DNA of 63,939 nucleotides, filler included, from Octopus bimaculoides (lineage: Eukaryota): the NCBI RefSeq assembly GCF_001194135.2. It is 7 parts of 6 records of this genome, joined end to end, with 100 filler letters (N's around TTAATTAATTAA, not from the genome) between each part and the next. Parts side by side here need not be neighbours in the genome. Positions count along the whole stretch, not along the records: positions 46,958 to 56,989 come from NC_069009.1; positions 57,090 to 60,898 come from NC_068987.1; positions 60,999 to 62,730 come from NC_068986.1; 4 more parts are not named here. One strand, 5' to 3'. This document shows, one piece after another, positions 50,470 through 62,015 of this stretch. The notes beneath the pieces were generated by a model. That model had not been told where the DNA came from and ran no database searches. It saw nothing but the letters and a program-made list of their open reading frames with translations. Positions within the stretch are counted from its first letter, which is position 1, and the number at the start of each line of letters is the position of its first letter. The translations under genes were made by a program, and so were the position numbers.

Positions 50470-50920
50470 CAGCATCATCATTACCATCATCATCCTTTAA
50501 CATCAGTTTTCCATGCTGGTATGAGTTGAATGGTCTGACTATATCTGGGAAGCTGTACAGGTTCCAGTCTGATTAGGGTTCGTTTCTACCGCTGGATGCT
50601 CTTCCTAATGCCAACCCCTTTACAGTGTGTGCTGGGTGCTTTTAACATTCCACTGGCATAAGTGCCTTTATGTAGCACCAGCATGGTTGCTTTTTATGTG
50701 GCACCGGCAAATGACTCTTGCAGGCTAATCCTCTTCACCAGTGGCCTTAACACTTCTATTGTGAAGGATGGGTTTTCTTGAGTACAGCAAGGTGCCAGGT
50801 TTCTCAATTTTTTTTCATCTTGTCTGAAATGTTCAGCATCCTTGGGTCATCCTTAAGTACTCCATCTTCTGAGATTGTCCTTCAGTACTTCATCCAACAT
50901 TGAGTTTGAAATTCGCATCA
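50470..50920 (-). mobile_element. Diverged RTE-family 3' end
   Basis: catcatc..tttaacatcagttttccatgctgg...gctggatgctcttcctaatgccaacc. Confidence 0.75.
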
Positions 50921-50984
50921 AAATTTCATTCTATGACTCTTTTTTAATGACTGATTTTCATCTAACTCCTTAAAGTGTTGCAGA

Positions 50985-51090
50985 TTCAGTCCCACTGTGT
51001 GGCACCTTGGGTGAGTGTCTTCTACTATAATATTGAGCCAACCAAACCCTTGTGAGTGGATCTGCTCGATGGAAACTAAAAGAAGCCCAT
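50985..51090 (+). mobile_element. SINE type A fragment
   Basis: ttcagtcccactgtgtggcaccttggg...gatggaaactaaaagaagccc. Confidence 0.85.
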
Positions 51091-51599
51091 TATATATATN
51101 NNNNNNNNNNNNNNNNNNNNNNNNNNNNNNNNNNNNNNNNNNNNNNNNNNNNNNNNNNNNNNNNNNNNNNNNNNNNNNNNNNNNNNNNNNNNNNNNNNNN
51201 NNNNNNNNNNNNNNNNNNNNNNNNNNNNNNNNNNNNNNNNTATATATATATATATATGTGTGTGTGTATATATGTGTTTTTATATTATTAATAAATTCAT
51301 GAACTTATCAATAATATAATCAGGAAATCAATATTTAATATTTCGAAAAACATACATCCAACATGACACGGCAACATAATAAATTTAAAATTTAAAGCAT
51401 AAATATACGAAATATAAATATCAATATATATAAAAATCTGAATATAGATAAATAGCGGATGTTAAATGATGATGATGATGATGATGATGATGATATGTGT
51501 GAATATATATGCGTATAAAAATTTATGCGTAATTAGGCATGAATATTGTAAAGTCTAAAATCTAAAATATAAAGGAACCTAAGATTTAAAGAGTTAAAT

Positions 51600-51685
51600 A
51601 TCTTACGATCATTTCGCAGATATTACTATAATCACAAAGTGATCTAAAGATCATCTTATTATCAGTAATTCCGCTCTTCAGAGAT
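51600..51685 (-). ncRNA. Type I hammerhead ribozyme with intact core and long stem II
   Basis: Minus strand: atct-CTGAAGA-Gcggaattactgataat...attatagtaatatctgC-GAAA-TGATCG-TA-agat; G10.1-C11.1 pair, ~16 pairs in stem II, GUA site between 51604 and 51603. Confidence 0.75.
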
Positions 51686-52672
51686 GCATTAAGAACCAAT
51701 AGTATATATATATAATATTAAAACATTAGAAATATTAAAAAATTAAAAATAATAATAAAATATATACTGTCCTTTCTATAAATTGTCAAATTAATCCTTC
51801 TGAAATATGTAAAGTTCATTCCTTTCATCCTTTGTTGAAATTTCAAGTGTTAAACACTTATTTGTATAAGAATTGGTATATATATTTTTTTTCTAAATGT
51901 ATAGAAGACCTCGGCAAAATTCATCCTGCTATTAGACGTGTTGGTAATCCTATAAATCCGATCCAATTTTNNNNNNNNNNNNNNNNNNNNNNNNNNNNNN
52001 NNNNNNNNNNNNNNNNNNNNNNNNNNNNNNNNNNNNNNNNNNNNNNNNNNNNNNNNNNNNNNNNNNNNNNNNNNNNNNNNNNNNNNNNNNNNNNNNNNNN
52101 NNNNNNNNNNNNNNNNNNNNNNNNNNNNNNNNNNNNNNNNNNNNNNNNNNNNNNNNNNNNNNNNNNNNNNNNNNNNNNNNNNNNNNNNNNNNNNNNNNNN
52201 NNNNNNNNNNNNNNNNNNNNNNNNNNNNNNNNNNNNNNNNNNNNNNNNNNNNNNNNNNNNNNNNNNNNNNNNNNNNNNNNNNNNNNNNNNNNNNNNNNNN
52301 NNNNNNNNNNNNNNNNNNNNNNNNNNNNNNNNNNNNNNNNNNNNNNNNNNNNNNNNNNNNNNNNNNNNNNNNNNNNNNNNNNNNNNNNNNNNNNNNNNNN
52401 NNNNNNNNNNNNNNNNNNNNNNNNNNNNNNNNNNNNNNNNNNNNNNNNNNNNNNNNNNNNNNNNNNNNNNNNNNNNNNNNNNNNNNNNNNNNNNNNNNNN
52501 NNNNNNNNNNNNNNNNNNNNNNNNNNNNNNNNNNNNNNNNNNNNNNNNNNNNNNNNNNNNNNNNNNNNNNNNNNNNNNNNNNNNNNNNNNNNNNNNNNNN
52601 NNNNNNNNNNNNNNNNNNNNNNNNNNNNNNNNNNNNNNNNNNNNNNNNNNNNNNNNNNNNNNNNNNNNNNNN

Positions 52673-52703
<31 letters not shown>

Positions 52704-52716
52704 TATAGATAGCTAG

Positions 52717-53115
52717 ATACAGGTGTGGCTGTGTGGTAAGAAGCTTGCTTCCCAACCACATGGTTCTGGGTTCAGTCCTAGTGCATAGCACCTTGGGCAA
52801 GTATCTTCTTTCATAGCCTTGGGCTGATCCAAGCCTTGTGTGTGGATTTGGTAGACAGAAACTGAAAGAAACCCATTGTCTATGTATGTATATATATATT
52901 TATGTGTGTGTGTCTGTATTTGTACCCCAATCACCAATTGACAACCAGTGTTGGTGAGTTTACATCCCTGTAACTTAGCAGTTCAACAAAAGACCGATAG
53001 AATAAGTACTAGGCTTAAAAAAGAAGTCCTAGGGTTGATTTGTTCAACTAAAAATCCTTCAAGGCGTTGCCCCAGCATGGGTGCAGTCAAATGACTGAAA
53101 AATTAAAGAATAAAA
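52717..53115 (+). mobile_element. SINE type A, full length
   Basis: caggtgtggctgtgtggtaag...ggttctgggttcagtcc...aatgactgaaaaattaaagaataaaa. Confidence 0.93.
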
Positions 53116-53174
53116 CAATAAAAAAATAAAAGACTATATATATATATGTATAGTTATATATATATATATACACA

Positions 53175-53385
53175 TGTGTGTGTGTGTGTCTTTGTGTCAA
53201 TATTTTCCCACCACCACTAATTGACAACCGGTGTCAGGGTGTTTACATCCCCGTAACTTAAAGTTTCAGCAAAGCGACTGATAGAATAAGTACCAGGCTT
53301 TATTAGTCATTCAACTAATAAAGAAATGTTTCAAGGCAGTGCTCCAGCATGGCTGAAGTCTAATGACTCAAACAAGAAAAAGATA
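53175..53385 (+). mobile_element. SINE type A, 3' half
   Basis: ttgacaaccggtgtcagggtgtttacatccccgtaactta...gcagtgctccagcatggc. Confidence 0.85.
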
Positions 53386-54119
53386 AAGTTAAAACACTAA
53401 CACGTATCTCTGATTGTGAAATCCTCCTGTGGTAATGCATTGACAACAAAATCAATTCATGTATTCAGCATATTTTTAAACAGGGGAATCATTGTAAATA
53501 GCAACACTGTTTTGAATACAGTATACAGCATTCTGACTGTTTTTCTCTCAGTTTTGGAGATACCCCTTCAGTTGATCAAACTCATCCCTGTTCTCATCAA
53601 ATCCTCTTCAGTGCATTAACCCTTGGGTAAAGACCAATTAAAGATAGGCTTCAAAGTTCCTGGAATTCAGGCAAAAACGTGGGAGACGGAAACTTAGTAC
53701 TGTATCAATTAACTTTAATCTATAACCACCGGAACAGACCTTTTTGAGGTCAAATTAAGGGAAGTTGAACTGTGTAAAGGACACAAGATGCTACAACAAC
53801 CCTCCACTAGTTCTTCCTTGTCAGCTTTGTCCTCATCTCTTTTGCTCAAGGATTGGTTTTCTTCATTAATACCATTCCCTTCCAGTGAGGGTAGACCAAT
53901 TGCTTGGTGGTAATTGATACTTACTCTCGATGAGAAACGGAGATAATCTCAACAAGGAATGTTTTGACGATGAGAGAACAGCTGTGGATATGTATTTCTA
54001 CCTCAGTAAATGTCATCAGCATGGCTGTTGCCACTATGAAATTGATTGTCTCTGGAGAGGGAGATAATTTTAATGAATCAAAAATTTATTTTATCATCAA
54101 AAATTATCATCATTCTTTT

Positions 54120-54690
54120 ATTCGTTTATTCTTTTACTTGTTTCAGTCATTTTGACTGCAGCCATGCTGGAGCACGCCTTGAAAGGTTTTAGTCAAAGAA
54201 ACTGACTTATTTTTTTAAGTCTAGTACTTATTCTATTGGTATCTTTTGCCATTAAGTTATGGGGGTGTAAACACACTAACATCAGTTTGTCAAGTGATAG
54301 TAGTGGTGGAGGACAAATACAGACACAAAAACACACACACTTATAAATATATATATATATATATATACTCTCTGAGTGGTTGGCGTTAGGAAGGGCATCC
54401 AGCTGTAGAAACTCTGCCAAATTAGATTGGAGCCTGGTGTTGCCATCCGGTTTCACCAGTCCTCAGTCAAATCGTCCAACCCATGCTAGCATGGAAAGCG
54501 GACGTTAAACGATGATGATGATGATATATATGGTGGGCTTCTTTCAGTTTCCATCTACCAAATCCACTCACAAAGCTTTGGTCGACCCAAAGCTATAGTA
54601 GAAGGCACTTGCACAAGGTGCCATGCAGTGAGATTGAACCCAGAACCATGTAGATGGGAAGCAAGCTTTTTACCACATAGCTATGCCTAC
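54120..54690 (-). mobile_element. SINE type A interrupted in its central microsatellite
   Basis: Tail 54120-54345 and head 54530-54690, with a LINE stub between them. Confidence 0.9.
54367..54525 (+). mobile_element. 159-bp RTE 3' stub inserted in (TA)n
   Basis: actctctgagtggttggcgttaggaagggcatcc...gttaaacgatgatgatgatgat. Confidence 0.93.
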
Positions 54691-54714
54691 GCTTATCTTG
54701 CCATGCCTGTAACT

Positions 54715-55095
54715 CATCGTCATCACTTAACATCCATGCTTGCATGAGTCAGACTAATTTGTTGAGGTAGATCTTCGTCAGTCATTGCCAACCGTTACTT
54801 GTTTCCCCGAAGCCAGTTATGTCTTTACAAAATACTGAAAAATGAATTCCCTGGTTTGAATGACAGACACTTATTTACAGCTATCACAGGATGTCAAGAC
54901 AAGGAGACACAAACACAGGCATGCATATATACAATAGGCTTCTTTTAGTTTCCATCTATCAACACTACTCACAAGGCTTTGGTTGGCCTGAGGCTATGGT
55001 AGAAGGCACTTACTCAAGTTGCTGTGCAGTAGGATTGAACCCGGAACCATGTGGTTGGGAAGTGAAATCCTTAACCACATGGCCAGTCCTACACC
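54715..55095 (-). mobile_element. SINE type A' (RTE-like tail)
   Basis: Type A head at 54940-55095 joined to the tail seen at 5110-5320, ending catgcaagcatggatgttaagtgatgatga on the minus strand. Confidence 0.75.
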
Positions 55096-55429
55096 TGTAC
55101 TCACACTCAGATTTGTCTTTGCTGTTGGAATATATGTCACTGGCCACTCTCAGCTCATTTTAATTTCATTTATACAAATTACCCAGGTCATAAATATGTT
55201 CTACTCATTTTTTTTTTTACCTGTCTAACTGCTGCAGATAAGGTACAACTAATGACATGCATTAAGGTACAGTTAACGTCATGCTAATGACATATATTGA
55301 TGCAAAATCTCTTATCCACAGCTATTCTCTTGTCTTCAGACAATCAGATTGTCTTTTCTTTATATGTGTGTGTGCATATATATGTATATATATGCATAAA
55401 TATTTTTATTAATATTTAGCAGAAGCAAC

Positions 55430-56175
55430 AACTGGATGCCCTTCTTAATGCCAACCACTCTGAGAGTGTAGTGGGTGCTTTTATGTGCCACTGGCACAAG
55501 AGCCAGTCAGGAGGCACTAGTATCAGCCACGCTCAAATGGTGCTTCTTACATGTCACTGACATGGCTGCCAGTCAGGCAGCACTGGTATTGGCCATGCTT
55601 GAATGGGCTATATCATGTGCCATCAGCACGGGTGCCAATCAGGCAGCACTGGCATTGGCCATGCTCAAATGGTGCTTTTTACATGTCACTGGCACAGATG
55701 CTAGTCAGGTAGCACTGACATCAGCCACGGCTATAATTTCCCTCGGTTCAATAGGTTTTCACAAGCATGGCATATTCCCCAATGATTGAAGGGTGCTTTT
55801 AAACGGGCCAGTTATGCAAAACTGGCATTGGCAACAACTATAATCTCACTTGACTTGCCGGGTCTTCTCAAGCATGGCATATCCCCAAAGGTCTTGGTCA
55901 CTTATAATTGCCTCTGTGAGGCCCAACGTTCAAAGGTCATGCTTCACCATCTCATCCCATGTCTTCCTGGGTCTACCTTTTCCACAGGTTCCCTCCATTG
56001 TTAGGGTGTGACACTTTTTCGCACACCTGTCTTCATCCATATGCATTACATGACCATACAAGCACAGTCGTCTCTCTCTTGCACACTAGAACTGATGCTT
56101 CATATGTCCAACTTTTCTTTCGGGGCGTTTATACCCCATCGTGTATGCACACTGACATTACGCATCTAGTAGAAC
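55430..56175 (-). mobile_element. RTE-family 3' part with ~65-bp tandem units in the UTR
   Basis: tcttcctgggtctacctttccacagg (antisense of GRPRKTW) and repeated gccagtcaggcagcactgg...ctcaaatggtgctt. Confidence 0.85.
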
Positions 56176-56551
56176 ATACTAGCTTCATTTCTTTTAAGCC
56201 TAAGATTTCATTCTGGGAGTCTTTCAAGGGTCTTATTTTATTTCTCCCATTTATCATCGTTTTTTGTTTTCCCTCTTCCAGTACATATTCGCCTTGGTTG
56301 TTAGTTCTTCATGTAGATATGATTACCATTTTCTCTACAAACTACATACAAGCCCATTTTTTTGTTTTACTCAGGTGCAAATGTGTGATCTTTGGTCATT
56401 TATCCATGCTGTTTATCACATCAAGATGATTTCAGATTAGCTTCCAATATGTTCCATGTTGCAATGGCACCTTGCCATCAGTTTATTGTATTGCATCCAG
56501 AATTCGACCATTGTTTTAACACACATGTAAAATTTGATTGGTGACCGCCAT

Positions 56552-56585
<34 letters not shown>

Positions 56586-57319
56586 AATTTACTTGTTAAC
56601 ACAAATTTGGTCTGTGTTGTGTTCCATTACTTAATTACTTAATAAATGAAAAAATGTATGGTAAATAAACATACGACATAATATATACTGAGTAGAAAAT
56701 GGGACGGGAGACAAACATAGAAGGTCCCTAATTTTTCATCAGTTATCACCCAATAGCTAATATACAGTTTCATACCTTTAATGAAAAGACTGAGAGTTTC
56801 ATAATTGGTGGGGCCCACAAAAAAATTATTTTTGCGGATAATTCAGGGCCGAAAGCAAACAAAACAAAACAAATCAAAATGACACAGAGTGTGATTTAAG
56901 ATGGTGGATAAGGACAAACAGTCAAGTAGAATATAACCTTAGAACCAAGAGGACGAGAATAGTGGGTAGTGCTTAGAAAATATCCTAAANNNNNNNNNNN
57001 NNNNNNNNNNNNNNNNNNNNNNNNNNNNNNNNNTTAATTAATTAANNNNNNNNNNNNNNNNNNNNNNNNNNNNNNNNNNNNNNNNNNNNGAGGCATGACG
57101 AGCTTTGGCGTTGACATTAGGGGACGGATTTGTCTGTTTAGGGTCAGTTTTTTGAGACAACACCGTCACCGAGTTCTCAGCATGTAAACATTGCTTGTAG
57201 CGTAGTTTTTTAAGGCTAGCAGATCGGTATTCATCTGCATTTTTTTTTGTTGATAGATTTTGTTATCATTATTATTATTATTGTTATTATTATCATCATT
57301 ATTATTATCATTATCATTG

Positions 57320-57523
57320 AGACGTTGAGCTGGTAGAATCGTTGGCACGCCGAGTAAAATGCTTACCGGCATTTCGTCCGTCCTTACGTTCTGAGTTCAA
57401 ATTCCACCGAGGTCTATTTTGCCTTTCATCCTTTCGGAGTCGATAAAATAAGGACCAGCTGAGTACTGAGGTCGATATAATCGATTAGCCCAAATTTCAG
57501 GCTTTGTGCTTATAGTAGAAAGG

Positions 57524-57554
<31 letters not shown>

Positions 57555-57555
57555 G
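57320..57555 (+). mobile_element. SINE type B, full length, embedded in (ATT)n
   Basis: gagctggtagaatcgttggcacg...gttctgagttcaaattcc...gcctttcatcctttcggagtcgataaaataagg...agaaaggattattatt. Confidence 0.9.
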
Positions 57556-58984
57556 GGTGATGATTGAACTTCAGAGGAAGAATAAAAATACAGGAGTTAA
57601 TAAAATATTGACATTCAAATTTCTCTAACCAATCCAGTTAAATAACCTAAGAACCTCTCTCACTTATCAATGATCATTTCATAACTTGCTGATAATTGTT
57701 CGAGTTTAATTATACAAAGCAGAGCAGAATCAATAACCGGATAAAAATTCTTAGTAGTATTAAGTTATGACACTTTCTAAGATCGAACTGCAACAATCTC
57801 TTGATGATGCGAAACTGTTCCGCCTTCTCAAAACTGCAAGGTAATAAACAAGATCGACTTTATCTTTCATACTTTTTAGGTCAGTAAAGTAAGTACCAGA
57901 CATTAGCTGAGGTGTATTTAGTCTACTGTCTCCTGATCCAAGTGTGGCCTTATGTCATATTAGAAATTATTTCTTTGCAGTGAGAATTTCTATCTAAACA
58001 TAAACTCTAAGAAGTATATTATCTGTAATTTCACTTTTTCAGAATTAAAAAGGAAACGAAGTTTGTATTTGATGGACTGAAAAATGAGAAATTCTACCTC
58101 TAGTTTTTAGTTACCTAAAAAGAAATCGTTCTCCTACTTCTGTAATGGTTCTACAAATAGCTTTCAGTTTACTCGCGTAAAATATAAAAGCTATCCAAAT
58201 ATTATAAGGCCAAATGTCCATAAAAGGAATATAACTTAAACACAGCCAGGAACAAACTTTCTTATACGAGGCCAGGTTTTGCAGTGAGGCAACTTACTCA
58301 ACTAAATCAAATATAGTTCGGTATTCATTATATCCACTCAGAAGAGAGGAAGGTTGCAGATATTGAACTCAGAAGTTAGGAAGATAACAGAAAAATGCTG
58401 GAATGTATACAGTTAGAGGCTATACCTTTACCGCCTCTTCCGATTTAATGACACGATTAATTATGTTTTAAAGAGAGACAAGCAATCTCTCTAGAATCGA
58501 TAGTGAAGAAACTGCGTTTAACATTAAAATGTCGGCTGACTTCCTTTCCATTCACATGGGCTCGTTAAATTAATCGCCAGTACTATATTTGGAATGATTA
58601 ACTTATCTATATTATCTTGTCAAGTAATGTGTCAAAATATAAATTCATAACCAAATGGAAATTGATAGAAATATTAAAAGCATGGATTAAATATCAAGAT
58701 TCCATTGTAAATCTCAATATTTAACATTTATATTAAGAAAGGTAACAAAATCGATAGACGCACCAAACGAAAGAATTTTGAGAAATATATACTTTTTTCT
58801 CAGCTTAAATTCCTCCAAGATCGACTCAACTTTTCAACATGTTAAGATCAATGAAATAAAATCGAGTGTTGTCACTCGATTTCATCGGATATCTTTCCCT
58901 AAAATATCCCTAAAAAACATATCTTCTTGTGGCGTCGTGCCAACCTCCGGAATAATATAAATTTTAAGAGAAAGATCGTTATTG

Positions 58985-59090
58985 GCAGGATTGGTAGTAG
59001 CACGTGACCAAATGATTTTTGTGATATCTTTGTTCGTTGATGTTCTGAGCTCAAATCCCATCGCATTCAACCCTGCCATTCATCCCAACA
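58985..59090 (+). mobile_element. Old type B SINE head
   Basis: gatgttctgagctcaaatccc...gccattcatcc. Confidence 0.55.
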
Positions 59091-60389
59091 GAACTCTCAA
59101 ATAAATACTAGTTATATAATAATGTAAATTTAATACTATTCCCTACGGTACGTCGGTTTTCGATCTGTCTTAGAAACCTTGCTAAAGAGAACCTTCTATC
59201 TTGCTACTGTTCATTTTAGTATGTAACTGTCTGCTAAAACCAAACCATTACCTCTGGATTTCGCGAAAATAGAGTGGGTGGGAGATGCATCTTACCCTCC
59301 CGTTAGTACGATACCTCTCTATTGTAAGTAACGCAATAAACACAGATAACATTCTCAGAACTTCTGTTATTGATTTTTGACAGCTTAGTTGGACTGAGGT
59401 AATGTACATGAAAATTAAAAGTGGATCATTCATTTTTAAATGCGAACCTATAAGTTGGACAGTCAAAAAATCCCTCTTTACATAGTATAACAAGGACAAA
59501 CTAATCTTCTATAACAAACATTAATACTGAATAATGCGAGTTAATGGTACAAGCGTGAATTATAGTGTAGTACGGTGCCAGGCCATTTAGGGATGTTTTG
59601 TGTCTACGTGAGTTATCAACTTGCTACGACTAGCAGTCAAAGTTCCCTTGAGTATTACTCTACCGTCTTCAAGCATGAAGGATTAGTTGAGCAGAGTTGC
59701 ATTAGTTGTACTGAGTGAAATCAAGTCGGAGTGGTCACAGATAGAACATCTTTAATTCATAAGTCTTATTGATTGGAAATGATTCGTTCTGTGGTACAAG
59801 TGCACTCCTCCGACCCTATCAGAACAGCCTCCATCAGCAACCAAGTACAGTATAATTGTACATCACAGTATGAATCAAGGCAGAATTCCCGCAACTGGAG
59901 CGCAGAACCGTCTTAACAGCATTATAGGCCTTTGGGCAAATCAATGCACTGGGCATACATTTATCTATCGACAGTGAGCCACAACATATAAAGATCAGAA
60001 TTGGGTCACTAGACCCTTAAGGCATGCGCTTCAGGACAACTGCTTAGTGTGCCTATGCCCTCAGAAAACACTGCTAGAGCACCTATGACTGCCAGATCAG
60101 GGCTGGCTTTGAGATAAAGAACAAAAACACTGTAATACGATTTTTGTCCTTGTGTAGCAATTATTTCCTATTTGCTTACCCCTAGAAAGTATGAAAAATG
60201 GCTAATATTTCCTTCGAACTTTGCTTTTGTTACATTTATTCAAATGCCAAACAATCCCTCTCAAAACATGGCTGTGATGCTCCCCCATTACTCAGAGATG
60301 CACATATTATCAGCGGCTAAGGGACGCGATCAAGCGGTTAAGGTCAAGCAACTGACAAGCAAATCTGTGATGTGGAGCAGAATATTTGC

Positions 60390-60846
60390 TGTAACGATCA
60401 AGAATTCTACTGCGGCGCTTTGAAGAGTTTGGGAGAGGACATTCGGTGAAAGCGACCGGATCTGTGGAGTGCGGAGGATTGGATTCTTCACCGAGTTCTC
60501 CTCACTCGTGAGTTTCTCGCCCAAAACAACATGGCATCGATCCCATACACGCCCAATTCGCCAGGTTTAGTACCTGCGGATTTCCATTTCTTCTCCTAAG
60601 ATGAACGGTGCAGCTCAAAGGTCACTGTTTTAACACCGTTGTCAAGATCCAGAGCGAATCACAGAAGGTCCTCGACTCTCTTACGGAAAACGACTTCTAG
60701 GCCAGATTCCAAACGTGGCCGGAACGCTGGAACCGGTGTATTGCTGCGCAAGGTGACTATTTCGAAGGAAATGATGTAAAAACTTAGGTAAATAAGTAAT
60801 TTTTTGTTAAATTTGACTAGTTCGTGAATCTTTTGATACCACCTCA
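60390..60846 (+). mobile_element. Mariner 3' fragment with right TIR
   Basis: QEFYC...KRPDLW...WILH/RVLLTREFLAQN...PNSPGLVPADF...RWNRCIAAQGDYFEG; ends cttttgataccacctca followed by TA. Confidence 0.88.
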
Positions 60847-60998
60847 TATATATATGTGTGAGTGTGTATATATACATACATACATACATACATATATANN
60901 NNNNNNNNNNNNNNNNNNNNNNNNNNNNNNNNNNNNNNNNNNTTAATTAATTAANNNNNNNNNNNNNNNNNNNNNNNNNNNNNNNNNNNNNNNNNNNN

Positions 60999-61080
60999 GG
61001 TGGTGGTGGTGGTGGTAATGGTGGTGGTAATGGTGGTATTAGTGGTGGTGGTGGTGGTGGTGGTGACGTAGGTGGTAATG
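60999..61080. repeat. (GGT)n microsatellite
   Basis: Direct reading. Confidence 0.9.
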
Positions 61081-61674
61081 AACTTTGACGGTATCGGTTG
61101 TGATGTTATAAACATGTTTTAATAGAATAAAGACATGACATGCCTAGCTTCGATCAACATTAAACATCACTTTTACTTCCTCGAAAGAAATTAATCATAC
61201 ACGGCAAATAATATCAGTGATTGGATAAAATAAATATTATAAATTCTAGAGTATCTGGTGTTGGCGCATATAGTTTTGCTTGTCTTCTTTTATTTTGTCT
61301 TTGTTTTTTGAGGAGGTTTTTGGTTTTTTTGGTGGGATTTTTGTTTGCTGAGGGTAAATTTTCCGGTGAAATTATGGCTTTTTTTAGCAATGCATTTCAT
61401 CACACTTTGGTAACCAGGCGTGAGATCACACAATGTTATCATGTATTTTTGCATACATCCTATTCTCACAGTCTCTCATTCTCTCTCCCATTCTTTCTCT
61501 CGCTCTCACTGTTACTCTCTCTTACTTTCTCTCTCTCTCTCTCCCTTACTCTCTCTCTCACTCTCTTTTCCTCACTCACTTCCTCCTCTCTCCTTTCACA
61601 TCCACTCTCTAACTTTCTCTCTCTCTCTCTTCTTCCCTCTCTCTTATTGTCTTCCTTTTTGCATACACAACTCT

Positions 61675-62015
61675 TTTACTCTTTCTCTTGTTTCAGTCAT
61701 TGGGCTCCAGCCATGCTGGAGCACTGCCTTGTTGAGTTAATCGAGCAAATCGCCTCTAGTACATATTTTAAGTTTGATTCATATTTTATCGAACCTCTAT
61801 CCCAAACCGCTAGGTCACCCAAAACAGGGTTTCAAATGGTCCAGTGGGAGTCAAAAACGAAGACAAACGTACACATATACGACGGACTTCCAGAAAGTTT
61901 GCATCTACTAAATTCATTTACAGAGGTTGATCAGCCTGGTGCCGTGCAGTGGGACTGAACACAAAACCACGTGGTTACGAAGCGAACTTCTTAACCACAC
62001 GGCTATGCCTGAGCC
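61675..62015 (-). mobile_element. SINE type A with internal deletions
   Basis: cttgtttcagtcattgg..cagccatgctggagcac...gcagtgggactgaacac...cttaaccacacggc. Confidence 0.85.

Noticed and set aside
24227-52800. Long ORFs of 190-370 aa in the ORF track
   Set aside because: They run through N gaps and (TA/CA/GATA)n repeats (X, YI, CV, HT runs); not coding evidence
53720-53950. Minus-strand open frame with KR sites and CCxxxC (ELVEGCCSILC) as an insulin-like A chain
   Set aside because: Lacks the final Cys eight residues later, has no start or convincing acceptor, and no B chain is seen
53985-54030. Minus-strand CTGATGA...GAAATACATATC
   Set aside because: Only 2 bp of stem I and no stem II closing pair; chance match
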